Assembly: GCA_964587375.1 (NCBI GenBank)
Contig: CAZPLE010000113.1
Location: 1-38,732 of the forward strand
Length of the DNA stretch: 38,732 bases
Source of the DNA: an uncultured bacterium
GTDB taxonomy: Bacteria > Ratteibacteria > UBA8468 > MWAK01
Reading direction: 5' to 3'
Below are positions 16,186-24,801 of the stretch, piece after piece. Every line of letters begins with the position of its first letter. Position 1 is the stretch's first letter. A model generated the notes under the pieces. The model did no database searches. It was not told the DNA's origin and saw only the letters and a program-made list of their open reading frames with translations. Made by a program: the position numbers and the translations under genes.

Positions 16186-18336
16186 ATGAATGGGGAACGC
16201 TTTCCGGGAATGGAAGGGTTGGAAACAGATAAACGTCCTCCATTGGAACGTTTTACGCGAGACCTAACCGCGCTGGCACGGGCCGATAAATTAGACCCGG
16301 TGATTGGACGCGACCAGGAAATTCGCCGGGTAATCCAGGTGCTCTCGCGGCGCACCAAAAATAATCCGGTGCTGATCGGCGAAGCCGGTGTGGGTAAGAC
16401 CGCCATCGTAGAGGGACTAGCCCAGAGGGTTGCTTCTGGAGATGTGCCGGAAACGCTTAAAAATAAAAGCGTTTTAAGTTTGGATGTAGGTGCGTTGGTA
16501 GCGGGCAGTGTCTTTCGTGGTCAGTTTGAAGAAAGGGTTAAGTCACTTCTGAAAGATATAGAAAAGCAACAGGGAAAGATTATTCTTTTCATAGACGAAC
16601 TTCACACGCTGGTTGGCGCCGGCGCTGCGGAAGGGGCTGTTGATGCCTCCAACCTTCTTAAACCAGCGCTGGCGCGGGGAGAGTTGAGGGCAATCGGTGC
16701 TACCACATTGAATGAATACCGCAAATACATAGAGAAAGACCGGGCGCTGGAACGGCGTTTCCAGCCGATTTACGTGAAAGAACCTTCGGTCAACGACACC
16801 ATCTCTATCTTACGAGGCCTCCGGGAAAAATATGAGGTGCACCACGGAGTAAAGATAAAAGATTCAGCACTGGTTGCTGCTGCCAACCTTTCCAACCGTT
16901 ATATCACAGACCGTTTTCTGCCTGACAAAGCCATTGACTTGATTGATGAAGCTGCCAGCCGCCTGCGTATGGAAATAGATAGTATGCCTGCCCCGTTAGA
17001 TGAAGTAGAACGAAAAATCAGACAGCTGGAAGTGGAGCGACAGGCATTAAAGAAAGAGGCTGAAGGGGTATCTAAAACCAGACTGAATTTGATTGAAACT
17101 GAATTAAAAAAACTGCAGTCCGAAAAGGAAAGAATTCAAAAGCACTGGGAGAAAGAAAAGGAGATCATTCAGAAGATAAGGCACCTGCGTGCGGAGGTAG
17201 AGAAAGGAAGGATTGACGCCGAACGTGCGGTAAGAGAGGGCAATCTGGAGAAAGCGGCCGAACTTAAATATGGAAAACTACCGGAATTGAACAAACAACT
17301 TGAGAAAGCCAGTAGTGAACTGGCGGAGGTCCAGAAAGATATGCGGCTCTTAAAAGAAGATGTGGACGAAGAAGAGATTGCCGAGGTCGTTTCTCACTGG
17401 ACAGGAATCCCGCTCTCCAAAATGATGGAGACAGAAACCGAAAAACTCCTCCATATGGAAGAGCGAATTCACCGAAGATTGGTTGACCAGGACGAAGCGG
17501 TTGCCTCTGTCTCTGATGCTATCCGGCGTAGCCGTTCTGGGCTTTCCGACCCGAATCGTCCGCTGGGCTCCTTCATCTTTCTTGGTCCCACCGGTGTGGG
17601 TAAAACAGAACTGGCACGAAGCCTGGCAGAATTTCTGTTTGACAGCGAAAAAGCACTGGTGCGTCTTGATATGTCTGAGTATATGGAACGGCACACTGTC
17701 AGTCGGCTCATCGGTGCTCCACCAGGTTATGTTGGCTATGAGGAAGGAGGGCAGTTAACCGAAATAATTCGACGCCGTCCCTATTCTGTAATCCTTCTTG
17801 ACGAAATAGAAAAGGCGCATCAGGATGTGTTCAATATCCTCTTACAAATTCTTGACGCGGGAAGGCTCACAGATGGACAGGGAAGGGTGGTGGACTTTCG
17901 TAACAGTATCTTGATTATGACCAGCAACCTCGGTGGAGAATACATTCAGGAGGTGGGTGGCGTAGAAGAAAAAGCCCGTAATCTGGTGCTGGAAAAGTTG
18001 CGCCGCACCTTCCGACCAGAATTTCTCAATAGAATAGACGAAATAATTCTCTTCCACCCATTGGGACAGAAGGAGATTAAGGCAATCATTGACCTGCAAT
18101 TGGAGTATCTTAGGGAGCGCCTTTCAGAAAAACAGATTGAAATAGAGGTAACTGCTCAGGCAAAAGATTATCTTGCCCGAAAGGGCTATGACCCTGTTTT
18201 TGGTGCCCGGCCCATTAAGAGACTTATCCAGCGGGAAATAGAAAACGTCCTTGCCCGAAAACTTATTTCCGGTGAGATTAAAAAGGGCGAAAAGATAACG
18301 ATAGACTCTGATAGCAATAAAATAATCTTTACCTAA
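16186..18336 (+). CDS. clpB: ClpB disaggregase lacking the N-terminal domain
   Basis: It has two AAA+ modules ([16 protein letters not shown]) and a long coiled-coil middle domain. The protein starts at ...[29 protein letters not shown], the NBD1 entry point. AAGGAG sits 7 nt upstream of the ATG, and an in-frame TAA lies at 16153-16155. Confidence 0.92.
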   Translation: MNGERFPGMEGLETDKRPPLERFTRDLTALARADKLDPVIGRDQEIRRVIQVLSRRTKNNPVLIGEAGVGKTAIVEGLAQRVASGDVPETLKNKSVLSLDVGALVAGSVFRGQFEERVKSLLKDIEKQQGKIILFIDELHTLVGAGAAEGAVDASNLLKPALARGELRAIGATTLNEYRKYIEKDRALERRFQPIYVKEPSVNDTISILRGLREKYEVHHGVKIKDSALVAAANLSNRYITDRFLPDKAIDLIDEAASRLRMEIDSMPAPLDEVERKIRQLEVERQALKKEAEGVSKTRLNLIETELKKLQSEKERIQKHWEKEKEIIQKIRHLRAEVEKGRIDAERAVREGNLEKAAELKYGKLPELNKQLEKASSELAEVQKDMRLLKEDVDEEEIAEVVSHWTGIPLSKMMETETEKLLHMEERIHRRLVDQDEAVASVSDAIRRSRSGLSDPNRPLGSFIFLGPTGVGKTELARSLAEFLFDSEKALVRLDMSEYMERHTVSRLIGAPPGYVGYEEGGQLTEIIRRRPYSVILLDEIEKAHQDVFNILLQILDAGRLTDGQGRVVDFRNSILIMTSNLGGEYIQEVGGVEEKARNLVLEKLRRTFRPEFLNRIDEIILFHPLGQKEIKAIIDLQLEYLRERLSEKQIEIEVTAQAKDYLARKGYDPVFGARPIKRLIQREIENVLARKLISGEIKKGEKITIDSDSNKIIFT

Positions 18337-18371
18337 CGTTAGAAATGCTCTAAGCCTTTATCCAAAGAAAT

Positions 18372-19154
18372 ATGGAGCTGAAAGATAAGATGGCAGTGGT
18401 AACTGGGGCCGCACAAGGTCTGGGTGAACACCTCTCAGAACGGCTGGTAAAAGAAGGCGCCATTGTCAACCTTTGGGACGTAAGCGAAAAGGTGAAGAAC
18501 ACAGCAGAAAGGATTGCCCAAGCCTTTCCCGGGAAAGCCTTCGGGAAGGTGGTTGATGTTACTAATGAAACCCAGGTAGAAGAGGCAGTACAAGAGATCA
18601 AAAGAAGATGGGGAAGGCTAGAGATAATGGTTGCCAATGCCGGAATTGTAATCGCCCACGAAATTACCGAATTTCCTCTCAGTGATTGGCAGAAGATTAT
18701 TGCGGTAAACCTCACCGGGTACTTTATCTGTGCCCGAGCAGCGGCGCGTATAATGAAGGAACAGAAATCCGGTGTGATTATCCAAATAAATTCCAAAAGC
18801 GGGAAAAAAGGAAGTTATAAAAATAGTGGTTACGCAGCCAGTAAATTTGGTGGCATCGGCCTTACTCAGAGTATCGCCCTGGACCTGGCTCCTTACGGAG
18901 TAAGGGTCAATGCGGTCTGTCCAGGAAACCTTTTAGATTCTCCCCTGTGGCAGGAGAGCCTTTACGACCAGTATGCGAAGAAGTGGGGCATCTCAAAGGA
19001 GGAAGTGCGCAAAAAATATATAGAACAGGTTCCATTAGGACGGGGCTGTACTTACGAAGATGTGGCCAACGTAGTGGTCTTCTTAGCAAGCGAAAAATCA
19101 TCTTACATGACTGGCCAGGCGATCAATGTCACTGGTGGTCAGGAGATGCGGTAA
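18372..19154 (+). CDS. SDR-family oxidoreductase, sorbitol-6-phosphate 2-dehydrogenase (SrlD)-like
   Basis: VVTGAAQGLG, the NAG motif and YxxxK (YAASK) are present. It resembles E. coli SrlD, as I recall that sequence, over IIQINSKSGKKGS..NSGY.A.KFGG.GLTQS.ALDLA.YG and GQAINVTGGQ. Confidence 0.85.
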   Translation: MELKDKMAVVTGAAQGLGEHLSERLVKEGAIVNLWDVSEKVKNTAERIAQAFPGKAFGKVVDVTNETQVEEAVQEIKRRWGRLEIMVANAGIVIAHEITEFPLSDWQKIIAVNLTGYFICARAAARIMKEQKSGVIIQINSKSGKKGSYKNSGYAASKFGGIGLTQSIALDLAPYGVRVNAVCPGNLLDSPLWQESLYDQYAKKWGISKEEVRKKYIEQVPLGRGCTYEDVANVVVFLASEKSSYMTGQAINVTGGQEMR

Positions 19155-19177
19155 GTAATCTTGCGGAGGAAGATAAG

Positions 19178-20293
19178 ATGAAGATTACGGAAAGGGGGCT
19201 AAAAAGACTAAACCAGGAATTTGATGGTTATCTGGAAGGGAAAGCGGTTGAGGAGTTTTTCCAAGAGTTTGATATCAAATTTGCTGCCGGACACTGGTGT
19301 GCTGGAGACTTTTTAGACCGCTTTGCTGTTGGAGGATACCATCCTCACTTAAAGTCTGACATCATAAGTCAATTGGAACGGGTGGCTGCTGCCGGCATCC
19401 AGGGTGTGGAATTTCACGAAAATCTCTTCACTGATAAAAAACGCCAAAGAGATGACCAGCGCATACGAGAAGTAAAGAATGCCTTGAAAAGGTTGGGATT
19501 AACTCCCACCAATATGAATATTAATCTCTGGACCGACCCTTATTGGAAGTTTGGAGGTTTGACCAATCCAGACAAAGGTATTCGGAAAGAAGCGGTTGCG
19601 GTAGCGCTCCAGGGTGCCGAAATAGCCAAAGAGTTAGGATGTTCTTCTGTCTCTCTCTGGCCCGGTGCAGATGGTTGGGACTATAACTTTGAGGCAAACT
19701 ATGGGGTACTCATTAAGTACTTTATAGAAGGTTGCTGTAAAATAAATATGAAGGCGAAAAGGCTGGGGCTCCGTTTTGGTATTGAAGCCAAGATGAAAGA
19801 ACCCAGAGAAGGACATATGGTTGTACCCACTACCCACTGCGCCATCCTGATGGCAAAAAAAGTTAATGAAATCTGTGGTGGTACCAATATGGGTGTGACG
19901 GTGGATTATGGCCACGAAATGATGAATGGCATTGAACCTGCCTTCAGTCTCTACCTGGCAAAAGAGTTCGGTGTTCCGGTAGTCAACTTTCACATTAATG
20001 CCGCTAAGTGGCGATCAAATGATGAGGATCGAGTAGCTGGCACCTCAAATCTATGGGAACTGGTTGATTTTTGCTATGCGGCTCTGGATACTGGCTATTC
20101 TGGCTGGTTTGGAGAGGACCAATTTACCTATCGGATGGATCCGGTGAAGGCGATGTCCCTGTCGCGAGAGTTCTTCGCTAACATAATGAAGAAGGCCCTC
20201 CTTATTTGGAAGAAGAGAGCAAACCTCTCTGCTGCCCAGCAGACTGGTGATGCAGGTAGAACGCTTGAGGTGGTAAAGAAGATTCTCTTCTAA
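19178..20293 (+). CDS. Xylose-isomerase-like TIM-barrel sugar isomerase (divergent, class-I XylA-like)
   Basis: The ATG at 19178 is preceded by GGAGGAAG. The track ORF's upstream 77 codons overlap the SDR gene in another frame. By-eye alignment to class-I xylose isomerase covers FAAGHWCAGDFLDRF, GVEFHE, RFGIEAKMKEPRE, VDYGHE, FHIN, NDEDR and GYSGWFGEDQ. Confidence 0.75.
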   Translation: MKITERGLKRLNQEFDGYLEGKAVEEFFQEFDIKFAAGHWCAGDFLDRFAVGGYHPHLKSDIISQLERVAAAGIQGVEFHENLFTDKKRQRDDQRIREVKNALKRLGLTPTNMNINLWTDPYWKFGGLTNPDKGIRKEAVAVALQGAEIAKELGCSSVSLWPGADGWDYNFEANYGVLIKYFIEGCCKINMKAKRLGLRFGIEAKMKEPREGHMVVPTTHCAILMAKKVNEICGGTNMGVTVDYGHEMMNGIEPAFSLYLAKEFGVPVVNFHINAAKWRSNDEDRVAGTSNLWELVDFCYAALDTGYSGWFGEDQFTYRMDPVKAMSLSREFFANIMKKALLIWKKRANLSAAQQTGDAGRTLEVVKKILF

Positions 20294-20300
20294 AAGAGAG

Positions 20301-22004
20301 ATGGCAACTCCAAAAAGGTACAGCCTGGGTCTTGATTTCGGAACAAACTCTGTGCGGGCGCTCATCATTAACCTTTCCGAAGGCAAAGAGGTGGCCAGTT
20401 CCATCTGGAATTACCGGCGGGGGAAAGAAGGTATCATTACCTTGCCTGACAACCCCCACCTGGCGCGTCAGCATCCAGCGGATTACATTGAAGGGACAAT
20501 GGAATCTGTCAGGAGAGTGTTAAGATTAGCAAAGAAGAATGAGCCCGCCTTCTCTGCGCAGAATATCATTGGAATCGGAGTGGATACTACCGGAAGCACC
20601 CCTATACCAGTTGACGCTGCTGGCCAGCCGCTGGCTTTTGACAAAAGGTTCCATCAGAACCCTAATGCCCTTGCCTGGCTCTGGAAAGACCATACTTCTG
20701 CAGAAGAAGCGGAAGAGATTACCGAAAAGGCACAAAAAACCCACCCAGAGTATTTGAAGCGCTGTGGAGGTCGTTATTCCTCAGAATGGTTCTTTGCCAA
20801 GATTCTCCACCTTGCTCGCACCGACCCAGAGGTTTATAAAGCTAGCGTCAGCTTCGTAGAACTTGCCGATTTTATCCCGGCTCTTCTTACCGGCAATCTG
20901 GTCCCTCATAGAATCTTGCGTAGCATATGTGCTGCTGGCCATAAAGCCCTTTATTGCCGCAGATGGAACGGCCTGCCCTCAGAAGAATTTCTCGCTTCCC
21001 TTGACCCTCAGTTAAAAGGATTAAGGAAACGTCTTTATGAAAAGGCGTATCCTGCTGGTAAAAGGGCAGGTGGCCTCTGTAAAGAATGGGCAAAGAGGTT
21101 GGGTTTAAAAGAAGGGATTGCGGTAAGTGTGGGTGCCTTTGATGCTCATATTGGAGCAGTAGGAGCAGGCATAAAAGAGAGCGGATTGGTAAAGGTGATC
21201 GGAACCTCCACCTGCGATATGATGGTCTTTCCAATGGCAGAGGAGTCAAGATTGGAAGAGATTGAGGGTATGTGTGGTCTGGCAGAAAGTTCCATTATCC
21301 CCGGTTTAATAGGGTTAGAAGCCGGACAGTCTGCGGTAGGGGACATCTTTGCCTGGTTTGTCAAAAATTTGGTGCCGGAAAGATACGTACGGGCCGCACG
21401 CAGATACAAAATAGCGCTCCAGACTTACCTCAGTAAAAAAGCCTCGCTTCTCCAACCCGGTGAGGCTGGACTTTTAGCCCTTGACTGGAATAACGGTAAT
21501 CGTTCCCTTCTTGGGGACCAGAAGCTCACCGGACTATTGGTTGGGCAGACGCTGGCTACCAAACCAGAAGAGGTTTACCGAGCACTGATTGAAGCCACCG
21601 GATTTGGTGCTCGGATAATCATTGACCGAATTGAGGAGTCAGGAGAAAAGATCTCTGAGATTATCACCTGTGGAGGTATTCCTAAAAAGAACCCGCTCTT
21701 GATGCAGATTTACTGCGACATCTTCAATCGCCCCATCAGGATTGCTGCTTCTGACCAGACCTGTGCCCTGGGCGCGGCTCTTTTTGGCGCAGTGGCTGCC
21801 GGTAAAAGAGCTGGCGGTTTCGCCGCCATCTCCGAAGGCCAAGAGATCTTTTGTCGGTACGAAAAAGATGAGTATCGTCCCAACCCGAATTGTGCCGCTA
21901 TTTATCAGAAATTATACCGACTTTACCGGCAGTTGCACGACGCCTTTGGAAGGCCAGAAGGCTCCCTCTTTTCCATAATGAAGGAACTTTTGAACCGTGA
22001 CTAA
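20301..22004 (+). CDS. araB: Ribulokinase (FGGY family, AraB-like)
   Basis: At 567 aa it is close to E. coli AraB's 566. The N-terminus YSLGLDFGTNSVRALII...HPADYIEG parallels AraB IGLDFGSDSVRA...HPRDYIES. FGGY C-terminal motifs are present. Confidence 0.85.
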   Translation: MATPKRYSLGLDFGTNSVRALIINLSEGKEVASSIWNYRRGKEGIITLPDNPHLARQHPADYIEGTMESVRRVLRLAKKNEPAFSAQNIIGIGVDTTGSTPIPVDAAGQPLAFDKRFHQNPNALAWLWKDHTSAEEAEEITEKAQKTHPEYLKRCGGRYSSEWFFAKILHLARTDPEVYKASVSFVELADFIPALLTGNLVPHRILRSICAAGHKALYCRRWNGLPSEEFLASLDPQLKGLRKRLYEKAYPAGKRAGGLCKEWAKRLGLKEGIAVSVGAFDAHIGAVGAGIKESGLVKVIGTSTCDMMVFPMAEESRLEEIEGMCGLAESSIIPGLIGLEAGQSAVGDIFAWFVKNLVPERYVRAARRYKIALQTYLSKKASLLQPGEAGLLALDWNNGNRSLLGDQKLTGLLVGQTLATKPEEVYRALIEATGFGARIIIDRIEESGEKISEIITCGGIPKKNPLLMQIYCDIFNRPIRIAASDQTCALGAALFGAVAAGKRAGGFAAISEGQEIFCRYEKDEYRPNPNCAAIYQKLYRLYRQLHDAFGRPEGSLFSIMKELLNRD

Positions 22005-22665
22005 ACTAAACAATTTAAAAAAAGAGGTGCTGAAAGCAAATATTCTTCTCTGGGAGTGGGGATTGGTGGTGGGAACTCAGGGAAATGTCAGCGGGTATGA
22101 CCCAGCAAGTAATCTGGTGGTAATAAAACCCAGCGGTCTCCCCTACTCTGCCTTGAAAATAGAGGATTTGGTTACGATTAACTTAGAGGGAAAGGTGGTA
22201 GAAGGCAAAAGGAAACCTTCCGTTGATTGGCCACATCACATCTATATTTATAAAAAGATTTTTGGTATCACTGGAATTGCTCACACACATTCTCCTTTTG
22301 CCACCGCTTTTGCCACCGCTGGTCTTCCTATTAAGTGCTTGACCACTGGTCAGGCAGATATCTTTGGAGGAGAAATTCCCATTACCCCTTATGTAGATAA
22401 TAAGGAAGACTATATTGGGCAAGCCATCGTGAAGGGATATCGTTCGCACTGTCCGGCTGTCCTTCTGCAACAGCATGGTCTATTTACTTTTGGTGAAGGC
22501 CCTTACCAGGCAGTGCTCTCAGCCAGATTTACGGAGTATTTTGCTCAGATTAATCTCTTTGCTATTCTTCTGGCAAAGACCTTCCATAAGAACCTTATGC
22601 CCCTATCACAAGAAGAGATAAAAAAGTGGTATGAAAGGTATCACGGAGGCGGTTATGGGCAATAG
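21997..22665 (+). CDS. araD: L-ribulose-5-phosphate 4-epimerase (class II aldolase fold)
   Basis: GNVSGYD, VIKPSG, HTHSPFATAFA and LLQQHGLFTFG are present. The GTG start overlaps the araB stop. Confidence 0.88.
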   Translation: MTKLNNLKKEVLKANILLWEWGLVVGTQGNVSGYDPASNLVVIKPSGLPYSALKIEDLVTINLEGKVVEGKRKPSVDWPHHIYIYKKIFGITGIAHTHSPFATAFATAGLPIKCLTTGQADIFGGEIPITPYVDNKEDYIGQAIVKGYRSHCPAVLLQQHGLFTFGEGPYQAVLSARFTEYFAQINLFAILLAKTFHKNLMPLSQEEIKKWYERYHGGGYGQ

Positions 22666-23755
22666 GGTTCAAATGAGATATCAAACCCGCAAAAACTATA
22701 ATGAACGGTCAGATAATTTCTTAAGAGCCGTAGAATTCTGTCATCCAAAATGGATACCAGCCAATATCGGTATTCTGCCAGCCACCTGGTACCATTACGG
22801 AGAAGAACTGGAAAAGATTGTTCTAGAACATCCCCGACTCTTTCCCGACTATAAAAAAGGTGATTTTCAAAATCTGAAGCCATGCTGGGCATATCAAAAA
22901 GGTCGGCACAAAGATATTTGGGGGGTAACGTGGGAGAATATTGCGGAGGGTTTTGACTCTGCCCCAGTGGAAGAAGAGGCGCCCCTAAAAGAGTGGGAGC
23001 CACTGGAGAAGTTCACACCCCCTGACCCACTAAGCACCGACTGGTTCTGGCCAGAGGAAAAGATTGACTGGGAGACTCGCCGAAAAGAATTAGACGAGGC
23101 AAAAGCCAAAGGGAATATTGCGCAGTGTGGTTTACCCCACGGGTTTATCTATATGTGGCATTATTATCTGCGGGGGTTTTCCAATTTTATGATGGATGTT
23201 GCCACTCATGAACCCCGTCTACAAAAGATTACAGAAATGATCTTAGATTACGACCTAAAATTGGTGAAAAAGTGGCTGGAGATTGGTGTTGAACTTATCT
23301 ATTTTGGGGACGACTTAGGTCTGCAACGGTCTCTGCCAATCAGCCCTGATGATTGGCGATGGTTGATAAAACCCAGTTATCAAAAAGTCCTGAATTTGTG
23401 CCAGCAGGCAGGAGTACTGACCTATCTTCATTCTGATGGTCACATCTTAGAGGTCATAGATGACCTGATAGAATGTGGTCTCAACATCATCAATCCTCAG
23501 TTTCGGGCTAACGGGTTGAATGGTTTGGCGCAGTTTAAAGGGAAAATATGTATCCATCTAGGAATGGATAGACAATTGTTTCCTTTCGCCACGCCAGGGC
23601 AATTGTGGGAACATTTCCAACAATCCCTGGAGGCTCTCTATCTGCCTGAAGGTGGGTTGATGTTCCATGTGGAGATTGGACCAGATGTCCCTCTTTTAAA
23701 CGTGGAGACAATCTTTAATATTCTGGAAGAGTTAGCCGGCCCCTGGCACGGCTAA
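22655..23755 (+). CDS. Uroporphyrinogen-decarboxylase (URO-D) fold family protein of unknown function
   Basis: The C-terminal half (IYFGDDLGLQRSLPISP..., LTYLHSDGHILEVIDDLIECGLNIINPQ) fits the URO-D/MtaA-like TIM-barrel pattern. The ATG at 22655 has GGAGG 5 nt upstream; the track ORF starts at 22631. Confidence 0.65.
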   Translation: MGNRVQMRYQTRKNYNERSDNFLRAVEFCHPKWIPANIGILPATWYHYGEELEKIVLEHPRLFPDYKKGDFQNLKPCWAYQKGRHKDIWGVTWENIAEGFDSAPVEEEAPLKEWEPLEKFTPPDPLSTDWFWPEEKIDWETRRKELDEAKAKGNIAQCGLPHGFIYMWHYYLRGFSNFMMDVATHEPRLQKITEMILDYDLKLVKKWLEIGVELIYFGDDLGLQRSLPISPDDWRWLIKPSYQKVLNLCQQAGVLTYLHSDGHILEVIDDLIECGLNIINPQFRANGLNGLAQFKGKICIHLGMDRQLFPFATPGQLWEHFQQSLEALYLPEGGLMFHVEIGPDVPLLNVETIFNILEELAGPWHG

Positions 23756-23769
23756 AAAGAAGGTTGAAA

Positions 23770-24789
23770 ATGGAAAAAGTCAAAGTAGGGATTGTAGGTG
23801 GAGCTGGTTATACAGGCGCTGAATTGCTAAGATTGCTGGTCAATCACCCCGGCGTGAAGATAACGATGGTTACCTCAGAAACTCTTTCCGGCAAAAAATT
23901 GTGTGAGGAATACCTGAACCTTAAAGGCAAGACTGAGCTTATATTTGAACCGTATGAAAAAGAAGAGGTGACCAAAAGATGTGAGTTTGTTTTTCTGGCA
24001 AAACCACATCCGAACTCTTTTAAGCTGGTGCAGGAACTTTTTGGTAAGGTGCGGATTATTGACCTTTCTCCTGATTTCCGATTTTCCGATGGAGAAGAGT
24101 TTAAACGTCTCTATCAGACTCCTCACCTTGCTCCAGAGTTTCTAAAGAAGAGCGTCTATGGATTAAGCGAAATCTTTAGCCAAAAGATTAGAGAAGCAAA
24201 CCTGGTTGCCAATCCCGGTTGTTATCCTACAGGCATTATCCTGGCGGTCTTTCCGCTGGTGCAGGCGGAGATTGTGACCGAAGAGATAAATGTCAGTTCC
24301 ATCTCCGGTTTTTCTGGTGCAGGCCGTACCCCCTCTCCTAACAATCTGGCTTATTTTGTGGTGGACAACATCCGCCCTTATCGCATCGGTAACCATCCCC
24401 ACGGCGCTGAAGTGGAGCAGATTCTCAGAAGAGCGACTGGCAAAGGAGTAAAGGTAAATTTTGTGCCGCAGGTTGCTGGATTTGAAAGGGGTATATTGAA
24501 CGTCATCTTCCTTCATTTAAAAACCAACGTTGGTGAGGAAGAACTCTTCTCTCTTTATCAAAAGACCTATCAGAACGCTCCTTTTTTGCGCGTCTATTGC
24601 GCTGGCACGTTTCCGGAAATTAAAAATGTGGTAATGACCAATTATTGTGACCTGGGTTTCAAAAGAATGAACGACCGTGTCCTTCTGATAATTTCCTCTT
24701 TGGATAATCTGGTTAAGGGCGCTGCCGGTCAAGCAATCCAGAATTTAAATATTATGGTGGGCTTTCCAGAAGAGACGGGATTAGTATAA
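23770..24789 (+). CDS. argC: N-acetyl-gamma-glutamyl-phosphate reductase
   Basis: VGIVGGAGYTGAELLRLL, the active-site motif NPGCYPT and the C-terminal DNLVKGAAGQAIQN are present. The ATG at 23770 follows AAGAAGG. Confidence 0.92.
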   Translation: MEKVKVGIVGGAGYTGAELLRLLVNHPGVKITMVTSETLSGKKLCEEYLNLKGKTELIFEPYEKEEVTKRCEFVFLAKPHPNSFKLVQELFGKVRIIDLSPDFRFSDGEEFKRLYQTPHLAPEFLKKSVYGLSEIFSQKIREANLVANPGCYPTGIILAVFPLVQAEIVTEEINVSSISGFSGAGRTPSPNNLAYFVVDNIRPYRIGNHPHGAEVEQILRRATGKGVKVNFVPQVAGFERGILNVIFLHLKTNVGEEELFSLYQKTYQNAPFLRVYCAGTFPEIKNVVMTNYCDLGFKRMNDRVLLIISSLDNLVKGAAGQAIQNLNIMVGFPEETGLV

Positions 24790-24801
24790 ACTTAAAAGAT
24801 T

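Noticed and set aside
18350-18796. A 148-aa minus-strand ORF overlapping the SDR gene.
   Set aside because: It is antisense to a strongly supported SDR. Its Ala/Ser/Ile-rich composition looks like a mirror-frame artefact.
18947-19177. A 77-codon N-terminal extension of the xylose-isomerase-like ORF as listed in the track.
   Set aside because: The extension overlaps the 3' end of the SDR gene in another frame. The internal ATG at 19178 has a GGAGGAAG SD, and the homologous region starts there.
23744-23760. A TGGCAC motif upstream of argC as a possible sigma54 -24 element. Other TGGCAC occurrences lie inside genes, for example within infB and clpB.
   Set aside because: The required -12 element (TTGC at N5 spacing) is absent: the sequence reads TGGCAC-ggcta-aaaa. 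The other copies are intragenic and also lack -12 elements.
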